IMG/VR virus record: IMGVR_UViG_2667527898_000017
DNA length: 4,344 nucleotides
Source: a virus
Taxonomy: Monodnaviria > Loebvirae > Hofneiviricota > Faserviricetes > Tubulavirales
Reading direction: 5' to 3' (one strand)
The position numbers and the translations under genes were made by a program. The notes beneath the pieces are model-generated. The model did no database searches. It saw nothing but the letters and a program-made list of their open reading frames with translations, and was not told the DNA's origin. This document shows positions 1 through 4,344 of the stretch, piece by piece. The stretch's first letter is position 1, and the number at the start of each line of letters is the position of its first letter.

Positions 1-84
1 TGCCATATCTGCTGCCTTCTCATGCTGATTGCAAAGTCTTAATTTTAACTTCCATTTTTCATAGCTGAATCCAAGGGGTCCGTT

Positions 85-104
85 TTGATATTTATTGGTA
101 TCAA
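85..104. promoter_or_regulatory. Palindromic site A, TTGATA-N8-TATCAA, upstream of rep (candidate operator or origin element)
   Basis: Read directly: ttgatatttattggtatcaa at 85..104 has perfect 6-bp inverted arms around an 8-bp AT-rich spacer. It shares the core TGATA-N8-TATCA with site B at 141..160. Function is inferred from position only. Confidence 0.4.
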
Positions 105-140
105 CATTATTGACGTTTGTTAAGTTTGATAATAGCATAA

Positions 141-160
141 CTGATACCGTCAAGTATCAG
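141..160. promoter_or_regulatory. Palindromic site B, CTGATAC-N6-GTATCAG, upstream of rep (candidate operator or origin element)
   Basis: Read directly: ctgataccgtcaagtatcag at 141..160 has perfect 7-bp inverted arms. Same TGATA-N8-TATCA core as site A, centres 56 bp apart, ending 49 bp before the rep ATG. Confidence 0.45.
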
Positions 161-193
161 TGCTGAGCCTTGCGGTTCATCTTGAATGATTGA

Positions 194-2209
<2,016 letters not shown>

Positions 2210-2239
2210 CTGAATTTTTAACATTGAGGAGTCTGATTT

Positions 2240-2665
2240 ATGAATCAAATTTACGACAGTTTTCCGTTTCCTTCCCCTGAGGGTTTTACCGCAGGTATGA
2301 CAATGGCGGGATATTTTATTCACGCCACTGTCATAAATGATGAGGAGTTAAAACCCACGGGTTCTCATTATAACCCTGAGGCCAAACCCAAATATGCCAT
2401 TGTTATTGCCTATCCGTATGAGGACCGAAAATTAAAAGTCCGCCGTGAGGAGCATGAGCGCTTTTCCTGTACTGAGGAGGATTTTAAATTTTTTAATTCA
2501 TGTCCTGATTTGCAGGGCAAATCTGTTTATCTCACGGTGGATGTTAACTCATGGTCGACAGGCTCAGAACGTCATGGTGTCTGGTATCGTTTTATTTCCG
2601 GCTCCATGAAACGTTTTGACGGTCAGCCGCTGGGTGCACTGCCCGCAGGTAAAGAAAAAGGCTGA
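2240..2665 (+). CDS. Hypothetical protein at the gene V position (candidate ssDNA-binding protein)
   Basis: 141-aa ORF with ATG at 2240 preceded by GAGGA at 2226..2230 (9-nt spacing). It starts 30 nt after the rep stop and ends at TGA 2663..2665, 4 nt before the next gene. The functional call is positional only; I see no diagnostic motif. Confidence 0.5.
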   Translation: MNQIYDSFPFPSPEGFTAGMTMAGYFIHATVINDEELKPTGSHYNPEAKPKYAIVIAYPYEDRKLKVRREEHERFSCTEEDFKFFNSCPDLQGKSVYLTVDVNSWSTGSERHGVWYRFISGSMKRFDGQPLGALPAGKEKG

Positions 2666-2669
2666 TGAT

Positions 2670-2810
2670 ATGTCTGACGCTGATTTTCTGAACTTTGTTT
2701 TATTTGCTGCGCCTGCAATGATTTTATTTTCTTCAGGTTTTGGCATCGGAATAAAACTGATTCGCGCCTGTGACTCACAAAGCATTACTGTTCAGCGTTA
2801 TTATGACTGA
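2670..2810 (+). CDS. Small hydrophobic virion/membrane protein (gene VII-like position), 46 aa
   Basis: ATG at 2670 in the frame of track ORF 2616..2810, 4 nt after the upstream stop, with AAGG at 2658..2661. Product MSDADFLNFVLFAAPAMILFSSGFGIGIKLIRACDSQSITVQRYYD has an acidic N-terminus, one hydrophobic helix and a basic C-flank. The alternative TTG start at 2616 would overlap the upstream gene by 50 nt. Confidence 0.5.
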   Translation: MSDADFLNFVLFAAPAMILFSSGFGIGIKLIRACDSQSITVQRYYD

Positions 2811-2973
2811 ATTTGATTTCAGCGGTGTTTTATCCGCACTGAATTCTGGCGTACAGGACGGGGAGCTTTACTGGTCCGTTCTTTATGTCTGGATTGTCTG
2901 CTGGCTTCTTGGCTTTGGTCTTGGTGTTATTTTCACTCTGGTCTGCCGGATGTTCAGTGATGCTGTTAATTAA
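2803..2973 (+). CDS. Small membrane protein (gene IX-like position), 56 aa
   Basis: ATG at 2803 overlaps the upstream stop TGA 2808..2810 (ATGACTGA), a typical translational-coupling junction. Product MTEFDFSGVLSALNSGVQDGELYWSVLYVWIVCWLLGFGLGVIFTLVCRMFSDAVN has one strong transmembrane segment. The track's alternative start at 2770 is GTG with no SD. Confidence 0.5.
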   Translation: MTEFDFSGVLSALNSGVQDGELYWSVLYVWIVCWLLGFGLGVIFTLVCRMFSDAVN

Positions 2974-2979
2974 TTTTAA

Positions 2980-3240
<261 letters not shown>

Positions 3241-3255
3241 TAGTTATTTAACGAC

Positions 3256-3278
3256 AGCGCCCTCCGGGGCGCTTTTTT
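3256..3278 (+). terminator. Rho-independent terminator between the coat gene and gene III
   Basis: Read directly: AGCGCCC (3256..3262), loop TCCG, GGGCGCT (3267..3273), a perfect 7-bp GC-rich stem followed by a T-run to 3278. It starts 16 nt after the pVIII stop. Confidence 0.7.
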
Positions 3279-3300
3279 AATCATACCAGGAGTGTTTTGT

Positions 3301-4344
3301 TTGATTCACTTTATTATTCCGCTTCTGTTTTTGTTCTTTTCCTCGTTTTCTTTCGCTGAAGAGAAAGAAAATCCGGATGCACTTGTTCAGTGTGCAGGCC
3401 ATTCATCCTGCAGGACAGATTATTCGGACGCGGGGACGTCGATTAAATTAGCCAGGGCGGCCGGTCATCTTTTCTGTGGTTCGGGCAGTTATGACGCATG
3501 TTCCGGAATAATTCATTATTGTGGTGTGCCACTTTCAACGCCTGTTAATGCACCTTCGACTGTCGGGTCTTTTGTCCGTGCCCGGTGGTCAGCATATAAA
3601 GTCTGGGATTCAGACAAGCAAAAGTGGACAGCCTGCACCCTTGCTTTTCAGGGTGGTGAGGGGGATTTGACACCTGAATATAATAAGCCGCCAACTGACG
3701 AGATTTGTCTTTCTCGTCCGGTTCTTGATGGTATGACTTTTTCTGATGTTTATAAAGGTGATGACGGGACCCGTTATGTTAATGTGCAGGGGTGTATTTA
3801 TGAGGCAACCGGTAATCCTCTTATTTGTAATCCCGATGATGATACAGTTTGTACTGCCGACTGGAAACCAGTTGCTGTAGATCCTGCATTCTCCGATGGT
3901 AAGGAGGATGGCGGTAGCTCAGGTGGTGGCAGTTCCGGTGGTGGTAACCCAGGCGGCGGCAGTTCCGGTGGTGGTTCAGGTTCTGGCTCCGGTGGTTCAT
4001 CCGGTAGCGGTGGCTCCGGCTCGGGTTCCGGCGGCTCATCCGGCAGTGGTGGTTCAGGTTCTGGCTCCGGTGGTTCATCCGGTAGCGGTGGCTCCGGCTC
4101 GGGTTCCGGCGGCTCATCCGGCAGTGGTGGTTCAGGTTCTGGCTCCGGTGGTTCATCCGGTAGCGGTGGCTCCGGCTCGGGCTCCGGCGGTTCATCCGGT
4201 AGCGGTAGTTCAGGTTCAGGATCCGGTGGCTCATCAGGCGATGACAATGGCTGGCGTGATGGTAGTTTGGGCTGGTTAACAACAATATGGGTGTCAGTGA
4301 ATGATTTAAATAATGCTTTTTCTGTTTCTCAGGCTGATATGAAT
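3301..4344 (+). CDS. gIII: Minor coat / adsorption protein pIII (5' partial; runs off the window end)
   Basis: The frame opens after TAG 3241..3243 and has no stop through 4344 (I translated it codon by codon). No in-frame ATG near the 5' end; TTG at 3301 follows AGGAG at 3288..3292 by 8 nt. Predicted signal peptide MIHFIIPLLFLFFSSFSFA. An N1-like module (about 3700..3880) has four Cys with Ff-like spacing, followed by a ~110-aa Gly/Ser linker (3907..4239) and the start of a further domain. Confidence 0.85.
   Translation, partial: MIHFIIPLLFLFFSSFSFAEEKENPDALVQCAGHSSCRTDYSDAGTSIKLARAAGHLFCGSGSYDACSGIIHYCGVPLSTPVNAPSTVGSFVRARWSAYKVWDSDKQKWTACTLAFQGGEGDLTPEYNKPPTDEICLSRPVLDGMTFSDVYKGDDGTRYVNVQGCIYEATGNPLICNPDDDTVCTADWKPVAVDPAFSDGKEDGGSSGGGSSGGGNPGGGSSGGGSGSGSGGSSGSGGSGSGSGGSSGSGGSGSGSGGSSGSGGSGSGSGGSSGSGGSGSGSGGSSGSGGSGSGSGGSSGSGSSGSGSGGSSGDDNGWRDGSLGWLTTIWVSVNDLNNAFSVSQADMN
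3973..4206 (+). repeat. 78-bp tandem repeat (three full copies plus partial flanks) encoding the pIII Gly/Ser linker
   Basis: Read directly: copies at 3973..4050 and 4051..4128 are identical; copy 3 (4129..4206) differs at 3 positions. Degenerate partial copies flank it (3961..3972 and 4207..4239). Each unit holds two 39-bp halves that both encode GSGSGSGGSSGSG with different codons. Confidence 0.85.

Noticed and set aside
3973-4206. A CRISPR array suggested by the regular 78-bp repeats
   Set aside because: The repeats are directly tandem with no unique spacers, and they lie in-frame inside a coding sequence encoding a Gly/Ser linker.
3798-4285. Three long repeat-rich ORFs over the pIII linker (3798..4247 -, 3821..4285 -, 3896..4279 +), which look like Pro/Glu-rich or Ala/Val-rich repeat proteins
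   Set aside because: They are alternative-frame and reverse-complement readings of the Gly/Ser codon repeat inside the continuous pIII frame, which is supported by its signal peptide, N1-like module and gene order.

Overview
This window reads as the replication and early structural module of a filamentous phage (inovirus-like genome or integrated prophage), all on the + strand. In order: a ~208 bp upstream control region with two matching palindromes; a 666-aa rolling-circle replication initiator (209..2209); a 141-aa gene at the gV position (2240..2665); two small overlapping membrane-protein genes at the gVII/gIX positions (2670..2810, 2803..2973); a signal-peptide-bearing major coat protein (2998..3240); a rho-independent terminator (3256..3278); and the 5' part of a pIII-type adsorption protein gene (3301 to the window end). 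The pIII gene is missing from the supplied ORF track because it has no stop codon inside the window. Its Gly/Ser linker is encoded by a near-perfect 78-bp tandem repeat, which produces three long artefactual ORFs on other frames and the opposite strand. I see no defence, toxin or other cargo system here. The most unusual points are the Rep type (phiX174/P2 gpA-like active site rather than Ff gII-like), the paired palindromes upstream of rep, and a pIII with an extra N-terminal cysteine-containing module ahead of an Ff N1-like module. All homology statements rest on by-eye comparison with sequences recalled from memory and need database confirmation.
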